The translations under genes were made by a program, and so were the position numbers. Positions 1 through 9,777 of a DNA stretch of 64,000 bases are shown piece by piece. The DNA comes from an uncultured archaeon (GTDB taxonomy: Archaea > Altiarchaeota > Altiarchaeia > IMC4 > SCGC-AAA252-I15): contig CAZPLO010000001.1 in assembly GCA_964587725.1 (NCBI GenBank), positions 64,001-128,000 on the forward strand, in the 5' to 3' direction. The notes under the pieces were generated by a model. The model was given only the letters and a program-made list of their open reading frames with translations. It did no database searches and was not told the DNA's origin. Position 1 is the first letter of the stretch. Each line of letters starts with the position of its first letter.

Positions 1-1
1 C

Positions 2-160
2 GGCGGAGGGGACGTCGACGGAGGCTACGTGAAATACGCCGGCGGATTCAGGGTGTGCGTGCAGCCGGAGACCATGCCGTCCGTGGAGTGGAGGTTCCTC
101 AGCTCCGACGGAAACCACCTGACATTATACGATGAGAGAGTATGCGTAACGTATCCGTGA
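2..160 (+). CDS. 3' end of an upstream gene (partial, hypothetical)
   Basis: Open frame from the window edge (GGGDVDGGYVKYAGG...CVTYP) ending at TGA 158-160, two nt before the next ATG. Confidence 0.6.
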   Translation, partial: GGGDVDGGYVKYAGGFRVCVQPETMPSVEWRFLSSDGNHLTLYDERVCVTYP

Positions 161-162
161 CG

Positions 163-2412
163 ATGAAGAAGGGGCAGATTTTCACGTGGGACATGATATT
201 CGGGATTACGGTATTCCTGGTCGCCCTGGTGTTGGTGGTTTACCTGTGGGAGGCATCCTACCGTGAGCTCCGTCATGCGGAGGAAGCCTATGGGATGAAC
301 TGGCTTGCGGAGACGGTGTCGGAGCAGCTGGTGCGCACCGGCGGAGAGCCTCATTACTGGATTCCTGAGCAGGTGGTGGCATACGGATTAGCGGAGGTGC
401 GCGGAGGGGAGGTGGCCGTGGATCCCCATGATCTGCAGATCAAGGTTTCGAGGAAGCCTGTGGAGAGCAGGGTGTTGGACGCGGACAAGATACTGTACCT
501 GATAAAAGCCTTCCAAGAAGACTACGAGGGAGTCAGGAACAGGATGCTCGGTTCCTCCAGATACGATCTGTATGTGGAGCTGTCGTGCGTCAACCGCAGC
601 GACCTCACCTGCCTGCAGGGATTGCACCTGGACAACGTCAACGAACCCGTGCACTGCACAAACACCAGGGTAAGCGTCAGCGGATTCAGGACAGACAGTT
701 ACGTGTGGCTGGAGGCCGAGGACGTGTGGGGCAGCCCATCATCATCATTCTGCCTGAAGGGATGCAGCGGCGGAAACACGAGCAGGATAGATGATGTGGA
801 ACCTGTGACAGTGGGCATAGACCCGGGAAAGTACCAGATATGGGTTCGGGCCTACGAAGACAACAGCGACGCCAAGATAGTGTTGGATGGCGTGGAACAC
901 GGGATATATGGCCTCAGGCGACCGGGCAGCCTGGGGTGGAGCCACGTTGGCGAACAGGATCTCGACAGCGAAGTGGTGATAGGGTTCGCCGACACGGAGG
1001 ATGGAAACCGGGTGGATGCTGTACTGCTTTCAACCGAAGGATCCTACACCCCCGGCGTAGAAAACATAGAATTTTACGGCAACCCCAACACCTTCGAATC
1101 GTGTATAATTGGAAATCCGAGTGAGGGAAGCGATACTGTGAGCTCCGCCAAAACCGCGGTGGTTGGCGTGCCCCTGAGCAGGACGGAGTTGCTGGGGGGC
1201 GTGCACAGGATACTCGACAAAGTGGTTGAGGTGAAGGTGGTTGTGTGGGGCGGGGAGGCTCTGCCGCCGCGTGAGATATCCGGGGAGTCGGCGACAACAA
1301 CGACTACTACCCTGCCTCCAACGGACATAATATGCAGCGGCGGTGAACTGACGGAATACTGCGTAGCCAACTACCCGCCGGCCATAGACGTGACCGGCGT
1401 TAAGTTCTCCGGGGGGAACACGCTGTCGTGCGGAGACAGCAAGGACTTTACGGTGTCGTGGAGGGGCACCCACCTCAGGGACCCCAACTATTTCGCGTTC
1501 TACTTAGACAACAGGAGCTTCTTCCTCGGCGCCTGCAGCAGCTTCGTGGACGAAGGCGACCTCGGCTACCACAATTACAACATGAGCTGCGCCGTGGACG
1601 TGCCGGAAGGGCTGGATGTGGTGGACGGGCAGCACGAGTTTATCGTAACCGCAGAAGACGAGGACGGATACTGCATGCCCGGTGACGAACGTGCCGACGA
1701 CCAGGAATCCTACGCCGTCAACATCCAGAACTGTCTCGGCTACGCCAACCTGCCCTGTTCGCAGACGTACGGCAAGAAGAGTGGGTGCGTGGAGAACGTG
1801 AACAGCGTGGACACAGTATACAGGATGGAGTCGAACGGTCTGGAGTGCACCAACTACGGCAACACCGCGGACACCTACTGGGGCGGCGGCCACGGAGACA
1901 GTGGGACAGTGTACTGGACCTATCTCCTGGAGGTCGACGGCTCATACGTGTGCCTCGCCACCTGCGAGTCCACGGGGGCGACAGCACACTATAACATGAG
2001 CTGCACGTTGAACCTGGGATCCGACTGCGACGGAAATCCATTAAACATTCCGGACGGACAGTACCGTCTGCTGGTTACCGCGGAAACCCACCCCGAAAAC
2101 TACTGCAGAGACCCAGAGGCCGCGGATGCTGTGGGCTCCGGCACGGTGTCTTGGAGCTGCGAAACCGGAGGGAGTAACGTCTTACTCACGTATTATATAG
2201 CCGACGCGTCCGGCGTCGAAGAGGCGGAACTATACTCTGACGTGTCAGGCAGCTGGGGTTACACCGCGGTTGAACCAGCCCCCACCCATAATGCGGGGGA
2301 GAATGCGGTGTTGTTGGTGAACGTGCCCCCAGGCACCTACCAGTGGAACATCAAACTACAGCCCCTGAGAGGCTTCTTATATGGGGAAAACCAAGTTTTT
2401 ACTGTGGAGTAA
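163..2412 (+). CDS. Large pilin-like surface protein with class III signal peptide and Cys-containing extracellular domains
   Basis: MKKG|QIFTWDMIFGITVFLVALVLVV: basic residues, Gly, then a hydrophobic helix; Thr linker; ATG 163 preferred over 142. Confidence 0.7.
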   Translation: MKKGQIFTWDMIFGITVFLVALVLVVYLWEASYRELRHAEEAYGMNWLAETVSEQLVRTGGEPHYWIPEQVVAYGLAEVRGGEVAVDPHDLQIKVSRKPVESRVLDADKILYLIKAFQEDYEGVRNRMLGSSRYDLYVELSCVNRSDLTCLQGLHLDNVNEPVHCTNTRVSVSGFRTDSYVWLEAEDVWGSPSSSFCLKGCSGGNTSRIDDVEPVTVGIDPGKYQIWVRAYEDNSDAKIVLDGVEHGIYGLRRPGSLGWSHVGEQDLDSEVVIGFADTEDGNRVDAVLLSTEGSYTPGVENIEFYGNPNTFESCIIGNPSEGSDTVSSAKTAVVGVPLSRTELLGGVHRILDKVVEVKVVVWGGEALPPREISGESATTTTTTLPPTDIICSGGELTEYCVANYPPAIDVTGVKFSGGNTLSCGDSKDFTVSWRGTHLRDPNYFAFYLDNRSFFLGACSSFVDEGDLGYHNYNMSCAVDVPEGLDVVDGQHEFIVTAEDEDGYCMPGDERADDQESYAVNIQNCLGYANLPCSQTYGKKSGCVENVNSVDTVYRMESNGLECTNYGNTADTYWGGGHGDSGTVYWTYLLEVDGSYVCLATCESTGATAHYNMSCTLNLGSDCDGNPLNIPDGQYRLLVTAETHPENYCRDPEAADAVGSGTVSWSCETGGSNVLLTYYIADASGVEEAELYSDVSGSWGYTAVEPAPTHNAGENAVLLVNVPPGTYQWNIKLQPLRGFLYGENQVFTVE

Positions 2413-2413
2413 C

Positions 2414-4522
2414 ATGAGGTGGCAGCATATTATGGTGGTGGCGGTTCTTGCTTCCGCGGCCGCGGGGCAGCTGTCGATGCAGGTGGACGAGAGCAGCCAG
2501 ACCTCCGGCGGCGGAGAATCCGTGGAATACGGTTTAACGGTCACCAACGATGGAGCCGCCACACTGTGGGTGGACTTCCAGGCAATCGGTTTAAGCGAGG
2601 GTATGTCGGCTGCGATAGTCTACCGGGGGGGTTTCCTGGCTCCAGGAAACTCAAAAAATGCGATGGTGAAGGTGACGTCGGCCCCGTATGTTCCTGTCGG
2701 CTCATATCCCCTGCAGTTGAAGGCGATACCGTCTGAGGGAATCCCTGTTGAAGTATCCGTAACATACAACGTGAACTCCACCCCCGTCACCACCACAACA
2801 CTGTACCCGCCCACAACAACATCTTCAACCACTACGACACAGCCGACGACGTCGACCACAGTACCAACCAACGAAACCAGCACATCAACCAGCACACCAA
2901 GTTCGTCAACAAGTAGCACCTCATCCAGCACCAGCACGGCACCGTCAACCGCCTCAACCAGCTCATCATCAACCACCACGCCAAGTTCAACAAGCACGGC
3001 ACCTTCTACCACAACCAGCACCGAAACACCCACTACAACCACACTACCTCCAACCACCACGACCATAGTCAACATCACCACCACAACCTCCACAACCCAG
3101 CCGACCACCACCACCATACCCTCCTCCCTCGTGGCGGAGGGGACGGTGTACAGCTGCCCCGGCTCCTGCTACGACACCTACTGGTTCGACTCATCCAGCT
3201 TGTGCGGCGGCGCGCAGATAGGGGACTGGGTTGGCTTCTACACCGGCGTGGAAACAGGGAACTGCTATCAGATTGCAGACACGTACTGCGACTACTGCTG
3301 GGACATATACCCGTGCGTGGATTTAGGGGTTCCGGTGAGGATAGCCACGAACGACCAGTTCAAGGTCTGGGGGCTGCAGGCCGACTGCCTTAACACGGTT
3401 CCGTCAACCACGACAACCACCCTGGCGCCGACCACAACGACACTGGCCCCCACAACCACTACAGTCACCAACGCCACAACCACCACACAGGCTCCGACCA
3501 CCACGACCACGCCTTCTGGGCAGATACTCCAGGGCACAGTATACAGCTGCTGGGAAGACTGCGCCAACGCAGACTACATAGACTCAACAGCACTCTGCGG
3601 GCCGGCGCAAACCGGAGACTACATAGGCTTCGCCACCGGACCCTCCGCGGGAACATGCGTTGAAATAATAGACCTGTACTGCGACGGATGCTGGAACATC
3701 GATTTCAACTGCGTCGGATTCCCCACCCCGTTGACCATACAACCAGGAGACACCTTCGAAATATACGCCACACAGACGGAATGCGCAACCAACATGCCAT
3801 CGACCACAACCACAACATCCACGACAACCACCCTGGCGCCGACCACAACCATACCACCAACCACAACCACACGACCAACAGGCATGATACTCCAAGGCAC
3901 AGTATACAGCTGCCCCGAACCATGCGACAACACAGACTACATAGACTCAACAGCACTCTGCGGGCCGGCGCAAACCGGAGACTACATAGGCTTCGCCACC
4001 GGACCCTCCGCGGGAACATGCGTTGAAATAATAGACCTGTACTGCGACGGATGCTGGAACATCGATTTCAACTGCGTCGGATTCCCCACCCCGTTGACCA
4101 TACAACCAGGAGACACCTTCGAAATATACGCCACACAGACGGAATGCGCAACCAACATGCCATCGACCACAACCACAACATCCACGACAACCACCCTGGC
4201 GCCGACCACAACCATACCACCAACCACAACCACACGACCAACAGGCATGATACTCCAAGGCACAGTATACAGCTGCTGGGAAGACTGCGCCAACGCAGAC
4301 TACATAGACAGCCCCAGCCTATGTGGAGGCACCCAGGTAGGAGATTGGGTCGGCTTCTACAACGGCACCGAGGCAGGGAACTGCTACGAAGTAATAGACA
4401 TATACTGTGACTACTGCTGGGGGGACTACCCGTGCATAGGGACCGGCTTGGGAATGCAGCTGACGGAGGGAGACCTCTTCAGGGTGTGGGGGGCGCAGAC
4501 GGAGTGTGTAAACTCGTTCTGA
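2414..4522 (+). CDS. Secreted Ser/Thr-rich protein: N-terminal Ig-like domain plus four Cys-rich repeat domains
   Basis: Signal peptide MRWQHIMVVAVLASAAAG; poly-Thr linkers; four GTVYSC..C..YCD.CW..C domains. Confidence 0.8.
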   Translation: MRWQHIMVVAVLASAAAGQLSMQVDESSQTSGGGESVEYGLTVTNDGAATLWVDFQAIGLSEGMSAAIVYRGGFLAPGNSKNAMVKVTSAPYVPVGSYPLQLKAIPSEGIPVEVSVTYNVNSTPVTTTTLYPPTTTSSTTTTQPTTSTTVPTNETSTSTSTPSSSTSSTSSSTSTAPSTASTSSSSTTTPSSTSTAPSTTTSTETPTTTTLPPTTTTIVNITTTTSTTQPTTTTIPSSLVAEGTVYSCPGSCYDTYWFDSSSLCGGAQIGDWVGFYTGVETGNCYQIADTYCDYCWDIYPCVDLGVPVRIATNDQFKVWGLQADCLNTVPSTTTTTLAPTTTTLAPTTTTVTNATTTTQAPTTTTTPSGQILQGTVYSCWEDCANADYIDSTALCGPAQTGDYIGFATGPSAGTCVEIIDLYCDGCWNIDFNCVGFPTPLTIQPGDTFEIYATQTECATNMPSTTTTTSTTTTLAPTTTIPPTTTTRPTGMILQGTVYSCPEPCDNTDYIDSTALCGPAQTGDYIGFATGPSAGTCVEIIDLYCDGCWNIDFNCVGFPTPLTIQPGDTFEIYATQTECATNMPSTTTTTSTTTTLAPTTTIPPTTTTRPTGMILQGTVYSCWEDCANADYIDSPSLCGGTQVGDWVGFYNGTEAGNCYEVIDIYCDYCWGDYPCIGTGLGMQLTEGDLFRVWGAQTECVNSF
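3570..4276 (+). repeat. Intragenic tandem repeat, 363-bp period
   Basis: 3570-3913 matches 3933-4276 (344 nt, identical by eye); antisense ORFs recur at a 363-nt offset. Confidence 0.9.
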
Positions 4523-4555
4523 CGGGTTTTTAGACCCTAGTCTGTATTATAGTAC

Positions 4556-6028
4556 ATGGTCGCGTGGAGGAGGATAGCGTCTGAAACCCCCAGGTATCTG
4601 CCATACGCATTACTCGCCGTGATGGTGCTGGGGCATTTCATAGGGTTCTCCGCGACCGTGTTGAACGAGTTCAACAGGTTCTGGTACGGGAACTTCGACC
4701 TCGGCATACCAGACCAGGGCATGTGGCTGCTGTCGCGGTTCCACAACCCCTACCTGACGACGAGGGGCCTGCATTTGTTCGGAGACCACGCATCCTACAT
4801 ACACCTTCTGGTGGCGCCCCTGTACTGGATATGGAATGATGTGAAGGCGCTGCTGCTGCTCCACACCGCAGTCCTCGCGATAGGGGCGGTGCCCGTGTAC
4901 CTGCTGGCTAAAGACAGATTCGGAGACCGGTGGACTCCCCTGGTCTTCTCCCTCTCCTACCTGATGCTGCCTGCGCTTCATTACAGCAACCTCGACCAAG
5001 GATACCACTACGAGTCGTTCATGGTTCCGCTGATGCTGTTCGGCCACTGGCTCCTCACCCGCAAAAAAACCCGGCTGTACTACGGCACCGTTTTCCTGTC
5101 GCTGATATGTAAGGAGGAGATTGCGTTGACGTACATACTCTACGGGCTGTACGTGGCGTTGAAGCACGACCGCCGCGCAGGATTGACAACCTCCGTGGTT
5201 TCGCTAGTGTACCTGCTGGCAGTGATGACTGTGCTGCTGCCGGCGTTCAACCAGGAGGGCGCGTTCTACAGCGGCAGGACACTTGGCTCGTACGGAGACA
5301 CCATGGGGGAGAAAATAAGAAGCCTCACCAACCCCTACTTCATGGAGGACAAAATCAACACCCCCGTGAACAGGAGATACGTGAAGGAGGTGCTGGCGCC
5401 CGTAGGCTACCTGCCGGTGTTAGAGCCGCTGGCGATAGCGTCTTCCGGTTCGCTGTGGCTTAACCTCCTCCAGGACTGGCCGTACGCCCACCATATACAG
5501 TACCACTATGTCACACCCATCATACCGATGATTTACATCGCCCTCATAGCCGGCGTCGGAAGGTTCAAAAATAATCTGTGGCTGAAGCAGGTGCTTTTGT
5601 TCACGGTCCTCGCATCCGCCGTGATAGGAAACTACCTGTACGCGCCCGACCAGAGCAGCCTCCGAGACCCAGGGCGAATGCTGGAGGAGGTTAGGAACTT
5701 CGACCGCGTGTCGGACGAGAACAGGGAGATACTCGAGTTGATGGAGTCCATACCCGACGACGCCTCCGTGTCGGCTTCATACGACTTCGTCAGCCACCTC
5801 AGCCACCGCATAACAATCTACATGTTCCCCAACCCCTTCCGCGTCAACCTCTACGGCATAGACGACAAAGGCGTCCACCCGGACCGGCGTGTCGACTACG
5901 TGCTCCTGGACGCCCGCCTCACAGATGAGGAGGAAAGGGAACACGGCACCGTCAGCATGGTGAGGGACGAATACGAGCTGGTAGACGGCAGGGGGTACGC
6001 GCAGCTGTGGAAGAGAAAAAGTGAATAA
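4556..6028 (+). CDS. DUF2079-like polytopic membrane protein (GT-C fold glycosyltransferase-like)
   Basis: FDLGIPDQGMW, HLFGDHAS, KEE and YHY motifs; many TM helices. Confidence 0.75.
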   Translation: MVAWRRIASETPRYLPYALLAVMVLGHFIGFSATVLNEFNRFWYGNFDLGIPDQGMWLLSRFHNPYLTTRGLHLFGDHASYIHLLVAPLYWIWNDVKALLLLHTAVLAIGAVPVYLLAKDRFGDRWTPLVFSLSYLMLPALHYSNLDQGYHYESFMVPLMLFGHWLLTRKKTRLYYGTVFLSLICKEEIALTYILYGLYVALKHDRRAGLTTSVVSLVYLLAVMTVLLPAFNQEGAFYSGRTLGSYGDTMGEKIRSLTNPYFMEDKINTPVNRRYVKEVLAPVGYLPVLEPLAIASSGSLWLNLLQDWPYAHHIQYHYVTPIIPMIYIALIAGVGRFKNNLWLKQVLLFTVLASAVIGNYLYAPDQSSLRDPGRMLEEVRNFDRVSDENREILELMESIPDDASVSASYDFVSHLSHRITIYMFPNPFRVNLYGIDDKGVHPDRRVDYVLLDARLTDEEEREHGTVSMVRDEYELVDGRGYAQLWKRKSE

Positions 6029-6076
6029 TTTAAATGAATTATAAAATAGTTTGAAGATAAGTTCAAATAATTTAAA

Positions 6077-6763
6077 ATGCCCGAGTACAGCGTGTTGATT
6101 CCCGTATACAACGAGGAGGCGATACTGGAGGAGAAGCTGAAGCAGCTGGCAGACTACCTTGACGTCTTCAACCCCGACTACGAGGTCATCGTGTGCAGCA
6201 ACGGCAGCAACGACCGTACGGACGAGGTAGGAGAGTCGTTGGGGATGCCGAAGGTCAGGTTCGCCGCCATCCCCGACAGGGGTGTGGGCAGGGCCTTCAA
6301 AAAAATGGTTCAGGAAGCCGGAAGCGAAAAAATTATTTCGATGGACGTGGATTTGAGCTCCGACCTCGAGTTCATACCAGAGTGCGTGCGCATGCTAGAC
6401 GAATACGACGTCGTAGTCGGCTCAAAACGGAAGGGGGAGCAGGAGCGGCAGTGGCACCGGACCTTCATAAGCGGCGTGTTCATTTGGATGGTTAAGGTGC
6501 TGCTCGGCCTAACATACGGGGACTACAGCATCGGCACCAAGGGTTGGCGGCGGAGCAGCATAATAGGGTACGTTGATGGAATAGACCACGGCAGCTCCTA
6601 CGTGGTGGAACTCATATACTATGTGGAACGCTCAGGCGGGAAGGTCATCGAGGTGCCCGTGTACTGTTCGGACACCCGGGGCAGCAGATTCAATCTCGTG
6701 CACGAGGTGTTCTACAGACTGAAGAACCTTTTAAGCTTCTGGCTGCGGCCGAAGACCGTGTAG
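6077..6763 (+). CDS. GT2 glycosyltransferase (dolichol-phosphate sugar synthase-like)
   Basis: SVLIPVYNEE, NGSNDRT and MDVD (DxD) motifs. Confidence 0.85.
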   Translation: MPEYSVLIPVYNEEAILEEKLKQLADYLDVFNPDYEVIVCSNGSNDRTDEVGESLGMPKVRFAAIPDRGVGRAFKKMVQEAGSEKIISMDVDLSSDLEFIPECVRMLDEYDVVVGSKRKGEQERQWHRTFISGVFIWMVKVLLGLTYGDYSIGTKGWRRSSIIGYVDGIDHGSSYVVELIYYVERSGGKVIEVPVYCSDTRGSRFNLVHEVFYRLKNLLSFWLRPKTV

Positions 6764-8919
6764 AGTATTACGGCGGCCGCGGAGACGGTGAGGAGGATGC
6801 CCAGCCAATCCACCGCGGTCTTACTGTATACCAGCCGCACCCGCTCCTCCGCCGGATAAACCAGCATGAAAGACGGCGACACCAGATAGACCCTGTCCGC
6901 GCCCTCCGCCCGCCAGCTCGGATAATAGGAGACGCTTATTATGTGGGGTTCGCCCACGCAGTCGGTGGTGAACTCTATCGACTCCGCCTCCACGATTTCC
7001 CGGACGCTGCACTCCCTGCCGACGGGAGCTCCTTCCAGGGTTTCGAGGTCGCCCATCACCGCATCCTCGTAGACGGAGGTGAAGTGCTCACGGTCCACCG
7101 AATCCACGGAGTGTTTGAAGGCCACGGGCGTGTCCAACAGTTCAACGCGCTTGAACCATTGGTAGCTGATGTTCTTCCAGTCCGACGTCTCAAACAATAC
7201 CGGACGGTTCTCTGGAACAGTCACGTACTGCCCGGTGTTGGTGGTGAGCTCCCACACCTCAAACGGGTCCTCCGAGTAGGCGAGCCGCCACTCCGGATGC
7301 TCTCTTAAAGCTTTTTTGGCTTTCTCGCTCCGCGCAACCAGATACTGTGTGTTGAACAGCTTCAGGTGCTCGGTGCCGTTTCCAAGATTGAATGAGGTGC
7401 ACGGATATATCGCCCAGAAGGGGCAGCTCTGCTGTTCACTCACCTCCGACTGTATGTAGAATGTGAAGGGGGACGTGTGTATGGACTGCATGTACAGGCC
7501 CTCCAGTATGCTGCGGCCCGCGAACAAAGGTATGCTCTCGAATGCACGCACGGTGCCGGCTGCGTTGTGCTGGTCGCTGTGCTCGAACTTCGCCCTCGGG
7601 CTGGCTACGCCGCCCCCCATGAAGTCGTTCACCGCCTTATACTGCGGCCACAGACTCTTCCTTTCGAACCCTTCGTAGTTCCACCGCACCCAGTGGGGGG
7701 TGAATCCGCTGTACTTCCACTCCAGCAGCTGCGGAACAACCTGGTTGGTGTTGAACTTCACCCCGTCGTCGGAGACCGACACAACAGCCTTGCTGCCGTT
7801 CACCCAGTAAACTGTGAGCAGTACTACAATCAACGGGACAATCCATTTGGCCTTCAGCGGGCGGATGAGCTGCTGCAGCCCGTATGCGCCGGCGAGCATC
7901 AGCGTAACATAAACGAACGGGAGGAACCGTATGTCCACCACACCCAGCTTCGAGGCGAGGAAGAAGAACACCAGACCCGACAATATGGAGTAGCCGAGAT
8001 ACCAGACCCTCTTATCCCGGCTGTACAGTGAGGTGAAGAAGCCGAACCCCGCCAAAACCACGAACGGCCACAGAATCGGAGGCATCACGTCCTCCGTAAT
8101 CCGCCAGGGTATGTCGTATGCTGTGGTGTATTTTATGCGGGCCAGCAGGGGTATAATCCAGAAGCCAGTAAGCATGAACGCGAGCGGATAGGATTTCGCC
8201 ATGTACAGTATGCGAGATTTCACGTCGTCCATGTTTTTCCTCAGCAGCAGATAGGTAGTTGACAGCACAGCCCACAACACCGTGTACACGTGGGTCAACG
8301 CCACGAACGCCAGCAACACTGAGTTGTGGAGCACGTATTTCCTGTCTTCCATGCCGCGGTACATGAGGCCGAGGAACAGTATCGTCAGCGACAGGCTTAT
8401 GCTGTAGCTGAATTCGCCGGCGAGGGTGCTGGGGATGTTGCCCCCCCACATGCTGTGGGACTCCATGAACAGGAACGGGAGAGAGAATGCGGCCGCCGCA
8501 GAGGGTACGGGGAACTTGAACCGCATCAGCTTCATGCACGCGTAAGCCGTCAAAGGCAGGGTGAACACCCCCAGCACGGTCACCAGCTTGAACGCTATCT
8601 GCAGGGGCATCACATAGCTCATCAGCGCCATCAACACGAACGGGACCGTGAAGTAGAACTGGAACAACGGCATGCCGCCGTACCATCCCGGCAGCCACCC
8701 CATAACATGGCCTTTAGGCAGCAGTTCGTCGCGTAGGAACTCCGCAGGATAGTAATGTGATGCGGTGTCTCCGCCGGCGGTTATGGTCTCGCTCAACATC
8801 ACGTCTGGGGTGAATACACTCAGGAGGAAGCCGTAGACCGCCAGCAACACCACCGCATCAACCACTGACTCCGCGGCGACCTCAACCCTGCGCCCCATGA
8901 ACTCGAATGTGCGGCTCAT
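6712..8919 (-). CDS. Polytopic membrane protein, 6-pyruvoyl-tetrahydropterin synthase-related / YfhO-like (GT-C type)
   Basis: GGDTASHYYP, WYGGMPLFQFY, GGNIPSTLAGEFS and C-terminal SYYPSW; start overlaps the upstream stop (ATGA). Confidence 0.75.
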   Translation of the reverse strand: MSRTFEFMGRRVEVAAESVVDAVVLLAVYGFLLSVFTPDVMLSETITAGGDTASHYYPAEFLRDELLPKGHVMGWLPGWYGGMPLFQFYFTVPFVLMALMSYVMPLQIAFKLVTVLGVFTLPLTAYACMKLMRFKFPVPSAAAAFSLPFLFMESHSMWGGNIPSTLAGEFSYSISLSLTILFLGLMYRGMEDRKYVLHNSVLLAFVALTHVYTVLWAVLSTTYLLLRKNMDDVKSRILYMAKSYPLAFMLTGFWIIPLLARIKYTTAYDIPWRITEDVMPPILWPFVVLAGFGFFTSLYSRDKRVWYLGYSILSGLVFFFLASKLGVVDIRFLPFVYVTLMLAGAYGLQQLIRPLKAKWIVPLIVVLLTVYWVNGSKAVVSVSDDGVKFNTNQVVPQLLEWKYSGFTPHWVRWNYEGFERKSLWPQYKAVNDFMGGGVASPRAKFEHSDQHNAAGTVRAFESIPLFAGRSILEGLYMQSIHTSPFTFYIQSEVSEQQSCPFWAIYPCTSFNLGNGTEHLKLFNTQYLVARSEKAKKALREHPEWRLAYSEDPFEVWELTTNTGQYVTVPENRPVLFETSDWKNISYQWFKRVELLDTPVAFKHSVDSVDREHFTSVYEDAVMGDLETLEGAPVGRECSVREIVEAESIEFTTDCVGEPHIISVSYYPSWRAEGADRVYLVSPSFMLVYPAEERVRLVYSKTAVDWLGILLTVSAAAVILYTVFGRSQKLKRFFSL

Positions 8920-9728
8920 CTCCGCACCTGATAGTAAAGTAGTACGACAACCAGCGCAGCCAGTATTAATAGCGGCGTCCAAGGGGGGAGGCCGCCCTCA
9001 CCCGCCTCCACAATGGACACCATGCCATTGGCGGCCGCGCTGTAGTGGAAGTCCTCCTCAGCGTAGTCCATGGTCGCGAAAACAACGTAGCTGGACCCAG
9101 GCAGCGCCCCGAACGATTTCACCGGAAAAGACAGCCGGCTTATGCCCCGGGCTGGGACTTCAATGTCTCTGACGTAGTAGTTGGCTGCGAGTTCATCCGG
9201 GAGGTGCAGGCGGACGGTGACGTCATGGGGTTTTTCGTCTAGGTTGCTGACCTCCAGGCGTAGGTCGCCTCCTTGTTCAGGGGTTATCTTGAGCTCCTCC
9301 ACGGCTCCGCGAAGGCGGAACGGGGTGGGGTTCATGTAGCGTATGAACAGGGGGGAGATGGTGGAGAAGGGGTATGCGTTGGCGTCAGTGTAATGCGTCT
9401 TCAACACCACCGCATAGGTTCCCGGCTTCACGGAGTCGTTGACGGACACGGTGTAGGAGTGCGTCTGGGGTGCATTGGGGTTGAGCACGCCCAGGTGCGC
9501 CGGTTCAGCGGTGAAGCCTTCCGGAAGCACCAAATCCACTTGGACGTCGTATGCCGGCTCGTCGCCGGTGTTCAACACGGTCACGTTCAATGGGAAAGAG
9601 TCTTCCGTTACCACCTCCGTCTGCGCCACAGACACCGTCATCTGTATGTAGGATGCCGAACAAGACCCCGACAGAAGGCATAAGACTAAAAACGCGTTTA
9701 AAAGTCCGTCTTTCATGAAATCAGCCAC
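8916..9728 (-). CDS. Secreted COG1361/CARDB-like Ig-fold protein with C-terminal membrane anchor
   Basis: Signal peptide, VLNTGDEPAYDV, PGTY, C-terminal TM followed by RR. Confidence 0.7.
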   Translation of the reverse strand: MADFMKDGLLNAFLVLCLLSGSCSASYIQMTVSVAQTEVVTEDSFPLNVTVLNTGDEPAYDVQVDLVLPEGFTAEPAHLGVLNPNAPQTHSYTVSVNDSVKPGTYAVVLKTHYTDANAYPFSTISPLFIRYMNPTPFRLRGAVEELKITPEQGGDLRLEVSNLDEKPHDVTVRLHLPDELAANYYVRDIEVPARGISRLSFPVKSFGALPGSSYVVFATMDYAEEDFHYSAAANGMVSIVEAGEGGLPPWTPLLILAALVVVLLYYQVRR

Positions 9729-9777
9729 TCCCTTTTAATTGGAAATCAATATTATTAACTAGTCGGTTAATAAAAGA

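Noticed and set aside
2790-3500. ACC/ACA-rich repeats here and at 27400-27520 as possible CRISPR or microsatellite
   Set aside because: They encode poly-Thr/Ser linkers; no repeat-spacer pattern and no cas genes
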